Assembly (NCBI GenBank): GCA_003248655.1
Contig: QFPM01000004.1
Coordinates: forward strand, 121,354-185,353
Reading direction: 5' to 3'
From: Microbacterium sp.
Lineage (GTDB): Bacteria; Actinomycetota; Actinomycetes; Actinomycetales; Microbacteriaceae
Length of the DNA stretch: 64,000 nucleotides
In this document: piece by piece, positions 1-9,668 of the stretch
Position numbering within the stretch: position 1 is the first letter of the stretch
Layout: each line of letters opens with the position of its first letter
The notes under the pieces: generated by a model
Told to the model about the DNA's origin: nothing
The model's database searches: none
The model's input: only the letters and a program-made list of their open reading frames with translations
Translations under genes and position numbers: made by a program

Positions 1-859
1 GGCGACGATCACGCCCGGCGACCGTGTTGTGATCACCTCGCCCGTGTATCCGCCGTTCTCGATGTGCATTCCCGAGGCGGGCGGCGTCGTCGAGGACGTT
101 CCGCTCGTCGACACGGGGGAGGGGTGGGAGCTCGACCTCGCGGGCATCGAGAGTGCACTGGCGGGCGGGGCGCGCGCGGTCCTCCTGTGCAACCCGCACA
201 ACCCGACCGGCACGGTGCACTCGCGCGAGACGCTTGCGGGGCTCGCTGCGATCGCCCGCCGCCACGGGGCCGTCGTCATCAGCGACGAGATCCACTTCCC
301 GCTGGTGCACCCGGGCGCCCCGTTCACCCCATTCTTGGCGGCATCGGAGGATGCCGCGGAGGTCGGGCTCGCCGTCACGAGCGCGTCGAAGGCCTTCAAC
401 CTCGCCGGTCTCAAGTGCGCGCTCATGGTCGCGGCCTCGCCGACGCAGGCCCGGGTTATCCGTGGCCTGTGGCCCGAGGTCGAGTGGCGAACGGGCCTCT
501 TCGGCGCGATCGCCGCGGTCGCGGCCTTCTCGCAGGCATCCGATGCCTGGCTCGATTCCCTGCGGGCGACGCTGGACCGCAACCGCCTGCTGTTGGCGGA
601 GCTTCTCGCCGAGCACCTCCCGCTCGCCCGTTACCGAGTGCCGGATGCCGGATATCTGGCCTGGATCGACGTCTCCGCCTACGGCTGGGGCGAGGACCCG
701 GCGCGCCATATCCTGACGCACGCGAAAGTCGCGCTCCACCACGGACCCTTGTTCGGGCCGAGCGGCGCGGGGCACGTGCGCATGAACTTCGGCTGCAGCC
801 CGGCGGTGCTCACCGAGGCCGTCACGCGCATCGGGGCGCTGACGACCGCGAGCTCGTGA
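1..859 (+). CDS. PLP-dependent aminotransferase, MalY/PatB cystathionine beta-lyase family (5-prime truncated by window edge)
   Basis: ORF 29..859 has class I/II aminotransferase motifs (LLCNPHNPTG, SASKAFNLAGLKCA). No start lies in the window. The stop overlaps the next start (GTGA at 856-859). Confidence 0.8.
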   Translation, partial: ATITPGDRVVITSPVYPPFSMCIPEAGGVVEDVPLVDTGEGWELDLAGIESALAGGARAVLLCNPHNPTGTVHSRETLAGLAAIARRHGAVVISDEIHFPLVHPGAPFTPFLAASEDAAEVGLAVTSASKAFNLAGLKCALMVAASPTQARVIRGLWPEVEWRTGLFGAIAAVAAFSQASDAWLDSLRATLDRNRLLLAELLAEHLPLARYRVPDAGYLAWIDVSAYGWGEDPARHILTHAKVALHHGPLFGPSGAGHVRMNFGCSPAVLTEAVTRIGALTTASS

Positions 860-2217
860 GTTCGCCGGAGACGACCGTCTGGAGTGCGCGCTACGCGTGG
901 GTGACCGCCGGCGCGGTCGCGATGATCTTCCTCGCGGCGATGCAGGCACTCGCGGTGACGACCGTCATGCCGCTCGTGAGCGCGGACCTCGACGGCGATG
1001 CGCTCTACGCGGTCGCGTTCGCGGGGACGCTCGCGACGAGCGTCATCGGCATGGTGGCCGTCGGTGCGTGGTGCGACCGCGCAGGCCCCGTCCTCCCGCT
1101 CGCGACCTCCGTCGCCCTGTTCGTCGCGGGGCTCCTCATCGCGGGCTTCGCCCCGACGATGCCCGTGCTCGTGCTCGGTCGGCTCCTGCAGGGGCTGGGC
1201 ACGGGCGGCCAGACGGTCGCGCTGTACGTCGTCGTCGCGCGCGTGTACCCGGCGGCACTGCACGGGCGCGTGTTCGCGGCCTTCTCTGCCGCGTGGGTCG
1301 TGCCGTCGCTCGTGGGGCCGTTGCTCGCGGGGTTCGTCGCGGAGCACCTGCACTGGCGCTGGGTTTTCCTGGGGGTCGCCCTCCTCACGATCGTCGCATT
1401 CACGGTCGTGTACCTGCGGCTGCACGGCATCCCGCTCGAGGCGGCGGATCCGTCGCGAGAGCCCGTCGCCCGGCGCCTGGCGCTGAGCGTTGTCGTCGCG
1501 GCCGGGGCACTCACGCTGAGCCTCGCGGGGGAGGCGGGGCCGTGGACGGTGCCTCTGGTCGCCGTGTCGCTGCTGGTGATCGCGGCGGCGATCCGGCCCC
1601 TGCTGCCGCGCGGCACGCTCCTCGCGCGCCGCGGCCTGCCGAGCGTCGTGCTCATGCGCGCCCTCATCGCCGGTGCGCTGTTCGGCGCCGAGATCTACGT
1701 GCCCTACCTGCTGATCGACGATTACGGCTACTCCGCGACGGCAGCGGGGCTCGGTCTCACAACGGCTGCGCTCGCGTGGGCCGCGTGCGCGGACATCCAG
1801 GGCCGCATCGGAGATCGACTGGGCAATCGGCGCATCACCCTGACCGGAACGGCGCTGCTGCTGGCCGCGACGATCATCGTCGCCGTGGCGGCCGCGCGGC
1901 ACCTGCCCGCCTGGACGATCATTGCGGGATGGTCGCTCGCGGGCGGCGGCATGGGGCTGATGTACCCTCGGCTCACCGTGCTGACGCTCGCGTATTCGAC
2001 GCCGGGAGACCAGGGATTCAACTCTGCGGCGTTGTCGATCTCGGATGCCGTCGGCTCCGCCGCATCCATCGCCGTCATGGGGCTGATGTTCATCGCCCTG
2101 AGCGCGACCGGCGCGTCGTTCCCCGCGGTCTTCGCCGTCGCGGCGGCACTCGCTGTCGTCGCCGTCGCGCCCGGGCTCCGGCTGGGGCATGCGGCCGAGA
2201 ATCTGGCGCGGGCATAA
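856..2217 (+). CDS. MFS transporter
   Basis: This is the hydrophobic multi-TM part of ORF 64..2217, which is Arg-rich and non-coding-looking upstream. An in-frame GTG at 856 overlaps the upstream stop. About 12 predicted TM segments. Confidence 0.8.
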   Translation: MSSPETTVWSARYAWVTAGAVAMIFLAAMQALAVTTVMPLVSADLDGDALYAVAFAGTLATSVIGMVAVGAWCDRAGPVLPLATSVALFVAGLLIAGFAPTMPVLVLGRLLQGLGTGGQTVALYVVVARVYPAALHGRVFAAFSAAWVVPSLVGPLLAGFVAEHLHWRWVFLGVALLTIVAFTVVYLRLHGIPLEAADPSREPVARRLALSVVVAAGALTLSLAGEAGPWTVPLVAVSLLVIAAAIRPLLPRGTLLARRGLPSVVLMRALIAGALFGAEIYVPYLLIDDYGYSATAAGLGLTTAALAWAACADIQGRIGDRLGNRRITLTGTALLLAATIIVAVAAARHLPAWTIIAGWSLAGGGMGLMYPRLTVLTLAYSTPGDQGFNSAALSISDAVGSAASIAVMGLMFIALSATGASFPAVFAVAAALAVVAVAPGLRLGHAAENLARA

Positions 2218-2239
2218 CACCATCCATTTGAATGGTGAA

Positions 2240-2258
2240 CCAGGTAAGGCTAACCTAA
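2240..2258. promoter_or_regulatory. IdeR/DtxR-type iron box
   Basis: CCAGGTAAGGCTAACCTAA matches the 19-bp consensus TTAGGTTAGGCTAACCTAA at 16/19 positions. It lies 5 nt upstream of the siderophore operon ATG and overlaps the putative -10. Confidence 0.55.
2251..2256 (+). promoter_or_regulatory. candidate -10 hexamer (TAACCT), leaderless-type spacing
   Basis: TANNNT hexamer 6 nt upstream of the ATG at 2263. Confidence 0.35.
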
Positions 2259-2262
2259 GAGG

Positions 2263-3198
2263 ATGCCACTCGCCGAGACCTCCGTCCGCCCTGCCTACCG
2301 GCCGTACCGCATCGAGGTCGCGGCGGTCACGCGGCTCGCCCCGCACTTCGTACGCATCACGTTTACGGGCGAGGAGCTCGAACACTTCGGAACCGCCGGG
2401 CTCGACCAGCGCATCAAGGTCGTGTTCCCCGTCGACGGGATCGCGGGTGGATTCTCCGACTTCGGGCAGAACGAGGAAGCCGGCGACTGGTACGACCGCT
2501 GGCGCGCACTGCCGGTGGGTTCGCGCAATCCCTTCCGCACCTACACGGTGCGTCGCATCGACCCTGCGGCACGCGAGCTCGACGTCGACTTCGTCGTGCA
2601 CCACGACGCCGGCCCGGCAGGGTCTTGGGCGGAGGCCGCCGAAGTCGGACAATCGCTCATCGTCGTCGGCCCCGATGAGCGCAGCCCCCACTCGCGGGGC
2701 GGCATCGACTGGCACCCGGGAACGGCGCGCCGGATGCTGCTGGCCGGCGACGAGACGGCGGCGCCCGCGATCTGCGGGATTCTCGAGTCGCTCGACCCGC
2801 GCTGCGACGTCGACGCCTTCATCGAAGTACCCTCCGCGCTCGACGTGCTCTCACCGGCGATCGCCACGGGAGTGCGACTCACCTGGATCGTGCGCGACGA
2901 CGCCGAGCACGGGTCTCGTCTCATCGACGCCGTCACCGCGTGGACGACGGCGAACGGCGACGTGCTCGCGCGGGCCGCGTCCCCGCGTCCGCAGGTGCTG
3001 GAAGACCTCGACGTCGACCGCGAACTGCTCTGGGACAGCCCGGAAGACGGTGAGGGCGAGTTCTACGCGTGGATGGCGGGTGAGGCGGCGACGGTGAAGA
3101 CGCTGCGGCGTCTGCTCGTGAGCGGATGCGGCGTGGACCGGCGCCGCGTCGCGTTCATGGGCTATTGGCGGCTCGGGCAGGCAGAGCGCACCGAATGA
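2263..3198 (+). CDS. siderophore-interacting protein (FAD-binding ferric-siderophore reductase, ViuB/SIP family)
   Basis: 311-aa ORF. The N-terminal FAD-binding beta-barrel pattern (YRIEVAAVTRLAPHFVRITF, RTYTVRR) and C-terminal NAD-binding-like half are typical of SIP proteins. Context is an iron ABC operon. Confidence 0.85.
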   Translation: MPLAETSVRPAYRPYRIEVAAVTRLAPHFVRITFTGEELEHFGTAGLDQRIKVVFPVDGIAGGFSDFGQNEEAGDWYDRWRALPVGSRNPFRTYTVRRIDPAARELDVDFVVHHDAGPAGSWAEAAEVGQSLIVVGPDERSPHSRGGIDWHPGTARRMLLAGDETAAPAICGILESLDPRCDVDAFIEVPSALDVLSPAIATGVRLTWIVRDDAEHGSRLIDAVTAWTTANGDVLARAASPRPQVLEDLDVDRELLWDSPEDGEGEFYAWMAGEAATVKTLRRLLVSGCGVDRRRVAFMGYWRLGQAERTE

Positions 3199-4208
3199 GC
3201 GGACGTCGCACTGCGCGGCGGACTGCGGTGGTCGCGGTGGCGGCCGCCGTCGTGCTGCTCGTGACGGTGGTGCTCTCGCTCGCCATCGGTGCCCGAGCGA
3301 TCCCGCCCGCGGAGGTCTGGCAGGCGCTGACGCGCCCCGACCTCGGGAACCCCGACCACGTCGTCGTGCTGACCCAACGCGTTCCCCGCACCGTCATCGG
3401 GCTGTGCGCGGGCGCGGCCCTGGCGCTCGCGGGCACCGTGATGCAGGGGCTCACCCGCAACCCGTTCGCCGATCCGGGCCTCCTCGGCGTCAACGCGGGC
3501 GCCTCACTCGCGGTGCTCGGCGCGATCACGCTGCTCGGGCTGTCGCGCCCGGCATCCTTTGTGTGGTTCGCGTTCGTCGGTGCGGCGCTCGCTGCCATCG
3601 TGGTAGCCCTGATCGGCGGACGCGGCGCCGACGGCGGGAATCCCGCAAAGCTCGCCCTGACGGGCGCGGCGGTCACCGCGGGGATCACCGCGGTGACCTT
3701 CCTCATCCTGACGACGAACATCTACGCGCTCGACGTGTACCGGTACTGGTCGGTCGGCGGTCTCACCGCGCGCGGGCTCGACTCCGTCGCGCTCGTGCTG
3801 CTACCACTGCTCCTCGGCGCTGCCCTCGCCGTCGCATCCGCACGGGGGCTCGACCTCATCGCGCTCGGCGCCGACACGGCATCCGGACTCGGCCATGACG
3901 TCGGGCGCAGCCGCGCCCTGGGGATCGTCGCGACGATCCTCCTGTGCGGCGGGGCGACGGCGATCGCCGGGCCGATCGTGTTCCTCGGCCTCCTCGTGCC
4001 GCACGTGCTGCGCGCCCTCGTGGGCGGCGGCTACGCGCGGTTGCTGACCATCGGCATGCCCGTGGGCGCGAGCGTGTTGCTTCTCGCGGATGTCATCGGC
4101 CGCGTGATCGCGCTTCCGGGTGAGGTGCAGGCGGGAATCGTCGTCGCGTTCCTCGGAGCGCCGATGCTGATCGCGCTCGTCCTCCAACCGCGGCGGGTCA
4201 CCCTGTGA
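3195..4208 (+). CDS. iron-siderophore ABC transporter permease (FecCD family)
   Basis: ATG at 3195 overlaps the upstream stop (ATGA). Multi-TM FecCD-like sequence (LALTGAAVTAG, GPIVFLGLLVPH). Confidence 0.85.
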   Translation: MSGRRTARRTAVVAVAAAVVLLVTVVLSLAIGARAIPPAEVWQALTRPDLGNPDHVVVLTQRVPRTVIGLCAGAALALAGTVMQGLTRNPFADPGLLGVNAGASLAVLGAITLLGLSRPASFVWFAFVGAALAAIVVALIGGRGADGGNPAKLALTGAAVTAGITAVTFLILTTNIYALDVYRYWSVGGLTARGLDSVALVLLPLLLGAALAVASARGLDLIALGADTASGLGHDVGRSRALGIVATILLCGGATAIAGPIVFLGLLVPHVLRALVGGGYARLLTIGMPVGASVLLLADVIGRVIALPGEVQAGIVVAFLGAPMLIALVLQPRRVTL

Positions 4209-5221
4209 GCGCGTCGATGCTCGTGCGGCAGACCGCGGCCCGCCGCCGCGTGCGGGTCGTCGCGGTCGTCGCCGTGCTTGCCGTCGTCGCGATCGTCGTG
4301 GCGTTGTCGATCGGCGACTACCCGATCGCGCCCGACCGGCTGTGGCAGACGCTCCTGGGCTCGGGGAGTCGCGTCGAGCAGTACGTCGTGTTCCAGGTGC
4401 GCGCGCCGCGCGCGGCGATGGCGCTCGTGACGGGCGCGGCCCTCGGCATCGCGGGCGCCCTCCTGCAGTCGTACCTCTCGAACCCGCTCGCGAGCCCCGA
4501 CCTCCTCGGCATCTCGGGCGGCAGCGGCGTCGCCGCAGTGTTCGCGATCCTTGTGCTCGGAACGACCGGACCGCTGCTCGCCGTCTTCGCGTTCGTCGGG
4601 GGAGCGGCCGTCGCGCTCCTGCTCTCGCTCGCGGGTCGGGCGCTCCGCGACGGCGGATTCCGCCTCATCCTCGCCGGCATCGGGATCTCGTTCCTCACAA
4701 TGTCGATCATCGACTTCCTCATGGTGCGCGCGAAGGTCGAAGAGGCGCGGCTGGCGCTCCTGTGGCTCACGGGAAGCCTCTCGTCGACGCCCTGGTGGCA
4801 GGTTCTGACGGTGCTCGGCGTGCTCGTGCTCACGGCGCCGGCCCTCGTCATCGCGGCGCGGCTGTTGCCGATCACGCAGCTTGGCCCCGAGACCGCGAGC
4901 GGTCTCGGTGTGCGCGGTGACACGGTGCGATGGCTTGTCGTCGGCTGCGCCGTGCTCCTCACCGCGGTGACGTGCGCTTTCGTCGGACCGATCGGCTTCA
5001 TCGCCCTGTGCGCACCCGCGATCGCGCGCCCGCTCCTCGGACACGGCGCCGTCGGCATCGGCACGAGCGCGGCGCTCGGCGCGGTGCTACTCGTCGCGGC
5101 CGACCTCGTCGCGCAGTTCGCGATCCCGGGGCTGAGCATGCCCGTCGGCGTCGTGACGGGCGCGATCGGCGCGGTGTTCCTCCTCTGGCTCCTGGCCACC
5201 TCGAAAGGACGGCAGCTGTGA
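4205..5221 (+). CDS. iron-siderophore ABC transporter permease (FecCD family, second subunit)
   Basis: The start overlaps the upstream stop. Paralogous FecCD pattern (GPIGFIALCAPAIAR). Confidence 0.85.
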   Translation: MSASMLVRQTAARRRVRVVAVVAVLAVVAIVVALSIGDYPIAPDRLWQTLLGSGSRVEQYVVFQVRAPRAAMALVTGAALGIAGALLQSYLSNPLASPDLLGISGGSGVAAVFAILVLGTTGPLLAVFAFVGGAAVALLLSLAGRALRDGGFRLILAGIGISFLTMSIIDFLMVRAKVEEARLALLWLTGSLSSTPWWQVLTVLGVLVLTAPALVIAARLLPITQLGPETASGLGVRGDTVRWLVVGCAVLLTAVTCAFVGPIGFIALCAPAIARPLLGHGAVGIGTSAALGAVLLVAADLVAQFAIPGLSMPVGVVTGAIGAVFLLWLLATSKGRQL

Positions 5222-6081
5222 CCTCGGCATCCGACGCACCGCTCCTCGCCGCGCGCGGTCTCACCGTCGGCTACCCGGGACGGACGGTGATCGAGGGCCT
5301 CGACCTCGAGATCCGGCCGGGGCGTGTGACGATGATCATCGGCGCGAACGCGTCCGGCAAATCGACCCTTTTGGGTACGCTCGCGCGGCTACGCCCGCCG
5401 CTCGTGGGCCGCGTCGAGCTCGATGGCGCCGACGCCGCGGGCATCCCGCGCCGCCGGTTCGCGCAGATCGTGGGGCTCCTGCCGCAGCACCCGACGGCTC
5501 CGGAGGGCGTGAGTGTCGCCGAGCTCGTCGGCCGCGGCCGCCATCCGCACCGCGGCATCTTTCAGCGCTGGAGCACGATCGACGCCCAGCGCGTCGACGA
5601 GGCGATGGCCTGGACGGGCATCACCGAGCTCGCCGACCGGCCCGTGGGCGACCTGTCGGGCGGCCAGCGCCAGCGCGCGTGGATCGCGATGGCGCTCGCG
5701 CAAGACCCCCGCATCCTGCTCCTCGACGAGCCGACGACCTTCCTCGACCTCGCCCACCAGATCGAGGTGCTCGACCTGTTGCGCGCCCTCAACCGCAGCC
5801 GCGGCACGACCGTCGTCGCGGTGCTCCACGACCTCAACCTCGCGGCGCGCTACGCCGACGATCTCGTCGTCATGAGCGGGGGAGTGGTCGTCGCCCACGG
5901 CTCGCCCGGCGACGTCCTCACCGAGGAGGTCGTGAGGGATGCCTTCGGCCTCCGCGCCGTCGTCACGCCCGATCCGCTCACCGGAACCCCGCTCGTCATC
6001 CCTGTCCCGCGCGATGCCGCCGACGGCGGCGCCGCGCTGGCCCACCAAGAACACAGCCACCAAGAAAGGAACGACCCATGA
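5218..6081 (+). CDS. iron-siderophore ABC transporter ATP-binding protein (FepC/FecE-like)
   Basis: In-frame GTG at 5218 overlaps the upstream stop (GTGA). Walker A GANASGKST, signature LSGGQRQR, Walker B LLLDEP. Confidence 0.85.
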   Translation: MTSASDAPLLAARGLTVGYPGRTVIEGLDLEIRPGRVTMIIGANASGKSTLLGTLARLRPPLVGRVELDGADAAGIPRRRFAQIVGLLPQHPTAPEGVSVAELVGRGRHPHRGIFQRWSTIDAQRVDEAMAWTGITELADRPVGDLSGGQRQRAWIAMALAQDPRILLLDEPTTFLDLAHQIEVLDLLRALNRSRGTTVVAVLHDLNLAARYADDLVVMSGGVVVAHGSPGDVLTEEVVRDAFGLRAVVTPDPLTGTPLVIPVPRDAADGGAALAHQEHSHQERNDP

Positions 6082-7109
6082 CACGACTCCGCGAGGCACT
6101 GGGCCTTGTCGCCCTCGCCAGCGCGACGGCCCTAGTGCTGTCGGGCTGCGCCGGCTCGGCCGGCCCCGACGCATCCGGCGGCTCAGACGCCGGCGCCGAC
6201 GGCGCCTTCCCCGTCACGATCAGCTCCGCCCTCGGCGACACGACGATCGAGCAGAAGCCCGAGCGCATCGCCACGTGGGGCTGGGGAGCGACCGACGCGG
6301 TCCTCGCCCTCGGCATCCAGCCTGTCGCGATCCCGTCGGACGACTACTCCGGCGGCGACGACCGCATGCCGCCGTGGATCTCGGATGCCGTCGACGCGCT
6401 CGGCGGCGAGCCGCCCGTCATCCTCGACTCGGGTGCCGAGGAGATCCCGCTCGAGGCGCTCCTCGAGGCAGACCCCGATGTGTTGCTCGCGCCGTACTCG
6501 GGCCTCACGCAGAAGGAGTTCGACGCCGTGACGGCCGCGGGCATCCCCGTGGTCGCTTACCCCGAGGCCGCGTGGACGACGCCGTGGCGCGACGTGATCG
6601 AGATCACCGGCGAGGCCCTTGGGCTCGTCGATGAGGCGAAGACGCTGCTCGCCGATCTCGACGCGCAGGTGTCGGATGCCGCGGCCGCGCACCCCGAGTT
6701 CGCGGGCACGACGATCGCGTACGTGGACGACGACGTCGACACGTTCTACCTCTACCTGTCGAGCGACGCGCGCGTCGAGATCCTTGAAGACCTGGGCTTC
6801 GTGACGCCGCCGAGCGTCACCGACCTCGACACCGGTGAGGGCACCTTCTACACGACGGTCAGCTACGAAAGCCTCGACAAGATCGATGCGGAGGTTCTCT
6901 TCACGCAGGCCGAGGACCAGGCGACCCTCGACGAGTTCCTCGCATCAGACCGCGGAAACCTCATTCCCGCCGTGCGCGCGGGTGCCGTCGCCGCACTCGT
7001 CGGCGCCGAGAACGCCTCTGCCATGTCGCCGACGGCGCTCACCCTGCCGTGGGTGCTGCCGACGGTGACCGAGAAGCTCGCAGCCGCCGTCGCCGCGGCG
7101 AAGGGCTGA
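6078..7109 (+). CDS. siderophore-binding periplasmic-type lipoprotein (ABC substrate-binding protein)
   Basis: ATG at 6078 overlaps the upstream stop (ATGA). Signal peptide with lipobox LSGC. Class III (FhuD-like) SBP-like sequence. Confidence 0.8.
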   Translation: MTRLREALGLVALASATALVLSGCAGSAGPDASGGSDAGADGAFPVTISSALGDTTIEQKPERIATWGWGATDAVLALGIQPVAIPSDDYSGGDDRMPPWISDAVDALGGEPPVILDSGAEEIPLEALLEADPDVLLAPYSGLTQKEFDAVTAAGIPVVAYPEAAWTTPWRDVIEITGEALGLVDEAKTLLADLDAQVSDAAAAHPEFAGTTIAYVDDDVDTFYLYLSSDARVEILEDLGFVTPPSVTDLDTGEGTFYTTVSYESLDKIDAEVLFTQAEDQATLDEFLASDRGNLIPAVRAGAVAALVGAENASAMSPTALTLPWVLPTVTEKLAAAVAAAKG

Positions 7110-7126
7110 GCCCGCGGCGCAACGAC

Positions 7127-7158
7127 AGAGGCTCCCACCGCGATCGGTGGGAGCCTCT
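7127..7158. terminator. bidirectional stem-loop terminator between convergent genes
   Basis: Perfect 14-bp stem AGAGGCTCCCACCG / CGGTGGGAGCCTCT with a 4-nt loop. Confidence 0.55.
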
Positions 7159-7174
7159 TCGCGTGCGCGGGGTG

Positions 7175-7807
7175 TCAGCTGCGCTTCGTGCGGTCGGCCT
7201 GGCGGACGGCCCACCATGCGGCGGGGATGAGCAGCGCCGCGACTGCCGCCTTGATGAGTCCGCCGACGATGAACGGCCACAGGCCGAACTGCAGGATGTC
7301 GGCGAAGCCGTACGTGCCACCGCCGACGACGTTCAGGATGAACGCCATGTAAGGGATGCCGAAAACGAACGGGATCGCGCTCGCCGCGACGAAGCCGACA
7401 AAGGCGAGGACGGGCTTGCGATCCCACGCGCGCTCGGCGAACCAGCCCGCGACGAAAGCCGCGAACACGAAGCCGATGATGAAGCCGAACGAGGGCTTCG
7501 CGACGGCGGCGATCGATCCCGTGAACCCGGCGAAGACCGGGAGGCCCGCGAGGCCGGCCAGCAGGTAGGTCGTGAGGGCGGCCGCGCCGCGGCGGGCGCC
7601 GAGCGCGGCACCCACGACGACGACGCCGAGCGTCTGACCCGTGATCGGCACCGGCTGCAGGGGAATCTCGACCTGCGCGAGCGCGGCGACGAAGAGTGCG
7701 CCGGCGACGACAAGTGCGGCATCCAGTGCGAACGCACGGACGCGGTCGCTGGGGCGGGCGATGAGGTCGGCCAGCACGGGGCGGCGGACGGGAACGGCGA
7801 GAGTCAT
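7175..7807 (-). CDS. bioY: biotin transporter BioY
   Basis: 210-aa multi-TM protein with BioY-like sequence (PVPITGQTLGVVVVGAALG). Confidence 0.85.
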   Translation of the reverse strand: MTLAVPVRRPVLADLIARPSDRVRAFALDAALVVAGALFVAALAQVEIPLQPVPITGQTLGVVVVGAALGARRGAAALTTYLLAGLAGLPVFAGFTGSIAAVAKPSFGFIIGFVFAAFVAGWFAERAWDRKPVLAFVGFVAASAIPFVFGIPYMAFILNVVGGGTYGFADILQFGLWPFIVGGLIKAAVAALLIPAAWWAVRQADRTKRS

Positions 7808-7972
7808 GCGTGCTCCTGATGAGTTCGGGGCGTCGTCGATGCCGGCTCAGGGCCGGTGCGACTCAGCCTAGGGCGTTCCACGCCACCGTTTTCGGACGCG
7901 GTCTACGAAAGAATCGCGGATCTGATGTAGACGGCATCCCCGCGCGGCGGGTCGAGGCACAGACGACCCCGG

Positions 7973-7978
7973 TAGACT
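7973..7978 (+). promoter_or_regulatory. candidate -10 hexamer (TAGACT) for the ABC-F gene
   Basis: A GGTAGACT motif recurs upstream of many genes in this window. Here it would give a leader of about 55 nt that can fold (GCCCCG-act-CGGGGC). Confidence 0.3.
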
Positions 7979-8037
7979 GGGACGTCGGCCCCGACTCGGG
8001 GCACTCTCCCTCACCGCCGAATGAACGGACGTCCGCT

Positions 8038-9636
8038 GTGCTCGCCGTGCACGACCTCGAGATCCGCGTGGGTGCGCGCACGCTCATGGCGGATGTGTCG
8101 TTCCGCGTGTCGGACGGCGACAAGATCGGGCTCGTCGGCCGCAACGGCGCGGGCAAGACGACGCTGACCAAGGTGCTCGCGGGCGACCTCGTGCCCGCTG
8201 ACGGCAAGGTCGAGCGCTCCGGAGAGCTCGGCTATCTGCCGCAGGACCCGCGCTCGGGCGACCCCGAGATGCTCGCGCGTACCCGCATTCTGGATGCCCG
8301 CGGCCTCGGCAGCCTCGCCCTCGAAATGCACGAGGCGTCGCACGCGATGGCGGATGCCGACGAGAAGGTCGCCGCGAAGGCGATGCGCCGCTACGGCAAC
8401 CTCATGGAGCGATTCGAGTCCCTCGGCGGCTACGCGGCCGAGGCCGAGGCGGCATCCATCGCCCACAACCTGTCGCTGCCCGACCGCATCCTCGACCAGC
8501 CGCTGAAGACGCTCTCGGGCGGTCAGCGCCGGCGCATCGAGCTCGCCCGCATCCTCTTCTCGGATGCCCAGACGATGATTCTCGACGAGCCGACGAACCA
8601 CCTCGACGCCGACAGCGTCGTGTGGCTGCGCGAGTTCCTGAAGAACTACAAGGGCGGCCTGATCGTCATCAGCCACGATGTCGAGCTCGTCGGCGAGACC
8701 GTCAACCGCGTCTTCTACCTGGATGCCATGCGCCAGGTCATCGACGTCTACAACATGAACTGGAAGAACTACCTGCGCCAGCGGGTCGCCGATGAGGAGC
8801 GTCGCAAGAAGGAGCGCGTCAACATCGAGAAGAAGGCGACCGCACTGCAGCTGCAGGCCGCCCGCTTCGGGGCGAAGGCATCCAAGGCCGCCGCCGCGCA
8901 CCAGATGGTCGCCCGCGCCGAGAAGATGCTGTCGGGGCTCGAGGAGGTCCGCCAGGAGGATCGCGTCGCCAAACTGCGCTTCCCCAAGCCGGCGCCGTGC
9001 GGCAAGACGCCGCTCATGGCGAAGAACCTGTCGAAGTCGTACGGGTCGCTCGAGATCTTCACGGATGTCGACCTCGCGATTGACCGCGGCTCGAAGGTCG
9101 TCGTGCTGGGCCTGAACGGTGCCGGAAAGACGACCCTGTTGCGCATTCTCGCCGGCGTCGACCGACCCGACACGGGAGCGCTCGAGCCGGGGCACGGACT
9201 CAAGATCGGGTACTACGCGCAGGAGCATGAGAACCTCGACGTGAACCGCTCGGTGCTCGAGAACATGATGTCGGCGGCCCCCGACATCACGGCGACCGAG
9301 GCACGCAAGGTGCTGGGATCGTTCCTGTTCACGGGCGACGATGTGCTGAAGCCCGCGGGAGTGCTCTCGGGCGGCGAGAAGACGCGTCTGTCGCTCGCGA
9401 CCCTCGTCGTGTCGTCGGCCAACATGCTGCTGCTCGACGAGCCGACGAACAACCTCGACCCGGCCTCGCGCGAGGAGATCCTCGGGGCGCTCGCGCACTA
9501 TGAGGGCGCGGTCGTGCTCGTCTCGCACGACGAGGGCGCGGTCCAGGCGCTCAACCCGGAGAGGGTGCTGATCCTTCCGGACGGCGTCGAGGACATCTGG
9601 GGTCGCGACTACGTCGACCTGATTACTCTGGCGTGA
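8038..9636 (+). CDS. ABC-F family ATPase (soluble, translation-associated type)
   Basis: Two Walker A motifs (GRNGAGKTT, GLNGAGKTT), two ABC signatures (LSGGQRRR, LSGGEKTR), a charged inter-domain linker and no TM segment. GTG at 8038 gives the family-typical length of about 530 aa. Confidence 0.85.
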   Translation: MLAVHDLEIRVGARTLMADVSFRVSDGDKIGLVGRNGAGKTTLTKVLAGDLVPADGKVERSGELGYLPQDPRSGDPEMLARTRILDARGLGSLALEMHEASHAMADADEKVAAKAMRRYGNLMERFESLGGYAAEAEAASIAHNLSLPDRILDQPLKTLSGGQRRRIELARILFSDAQTMILDEPTNHLDADSVVWLREFLKNYKGGLIVISHDVELVGETVNRVFYLDAMRQVIDVYNMNWKNYLRQRVADEERRKKERVNIEKKATALQLQAARFGAKASKAAAAHQMVARAEKMLSGLEEVRQEDRVAKLRFPKPAPCGKTPLMAKNLSKSYGSLEIFTDVDLAIDRGSKVVVLGLNGAGKTTLLRILAGVDRPDTGALEPGHGLKIGYYAQEHENLDVNRSVLENMMSAAPDITATEARKVLGSFLFTGDDVLKPAGVLSGGEKTRLSLATLVVSSANMLLLDEPTNNLDPASREEILGALAHYEGAVVLVSHDEGAVQALNPERVLILPDGVEDIWGRDYVDLITLA

Positions 9637-9668
9637 CGCGGTCAGTCACTGTGACGTGACTCGGCCCG

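Noticed and set aside
64-855. Several ORFs have long N-terminal extensions in the track. Examples are 64..2217, 4930..6081, 5679..7109, 25341..27251, 29614..32193, 31902..34301 and 45715..48672.
   Set aside because: The upstream portions are Arg-rich, overlap the preceding real gene, and precede in-frame starts. Those starts overlap upstream stops (ATGA/GTGA) or give family-typical N-termini.
679-2715. Very long ORFs lie antisense to, or out of frame with, recognised genes. Examples are 679..2715(-), 8011..9528(-), 13748..16351(-), 37037..39064(-), 39550..42117(-), 49266..53798(+) and 54975..57392(-).
   Set aside because: Their translations are Arg/Pro/Gly/His/Asp-rich low-complexity sequence without motifs. 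Each fully overlaps a gene with clear family signatures. Stop-poor shadow frames are expected at about 70% GC.
7808-7972. A BioQ or BirA operator was expected upstream of bioY.
   Set aside because: There is no TGAAC-N3-GTTCA-type site. Only a weak 6-bp inverted repeat (GTCTAC...GTAGAC) is present.
8021-8160. A small uORF starts at ATG 8021 and overlaps the ABC-F start. It could be a leader-peptide attenuator.
   Set aside because: It runs out of frame deep into the ABC-F coding region with an Arg/Cys-rich translation. No terminator/antiterminator pair is evident.
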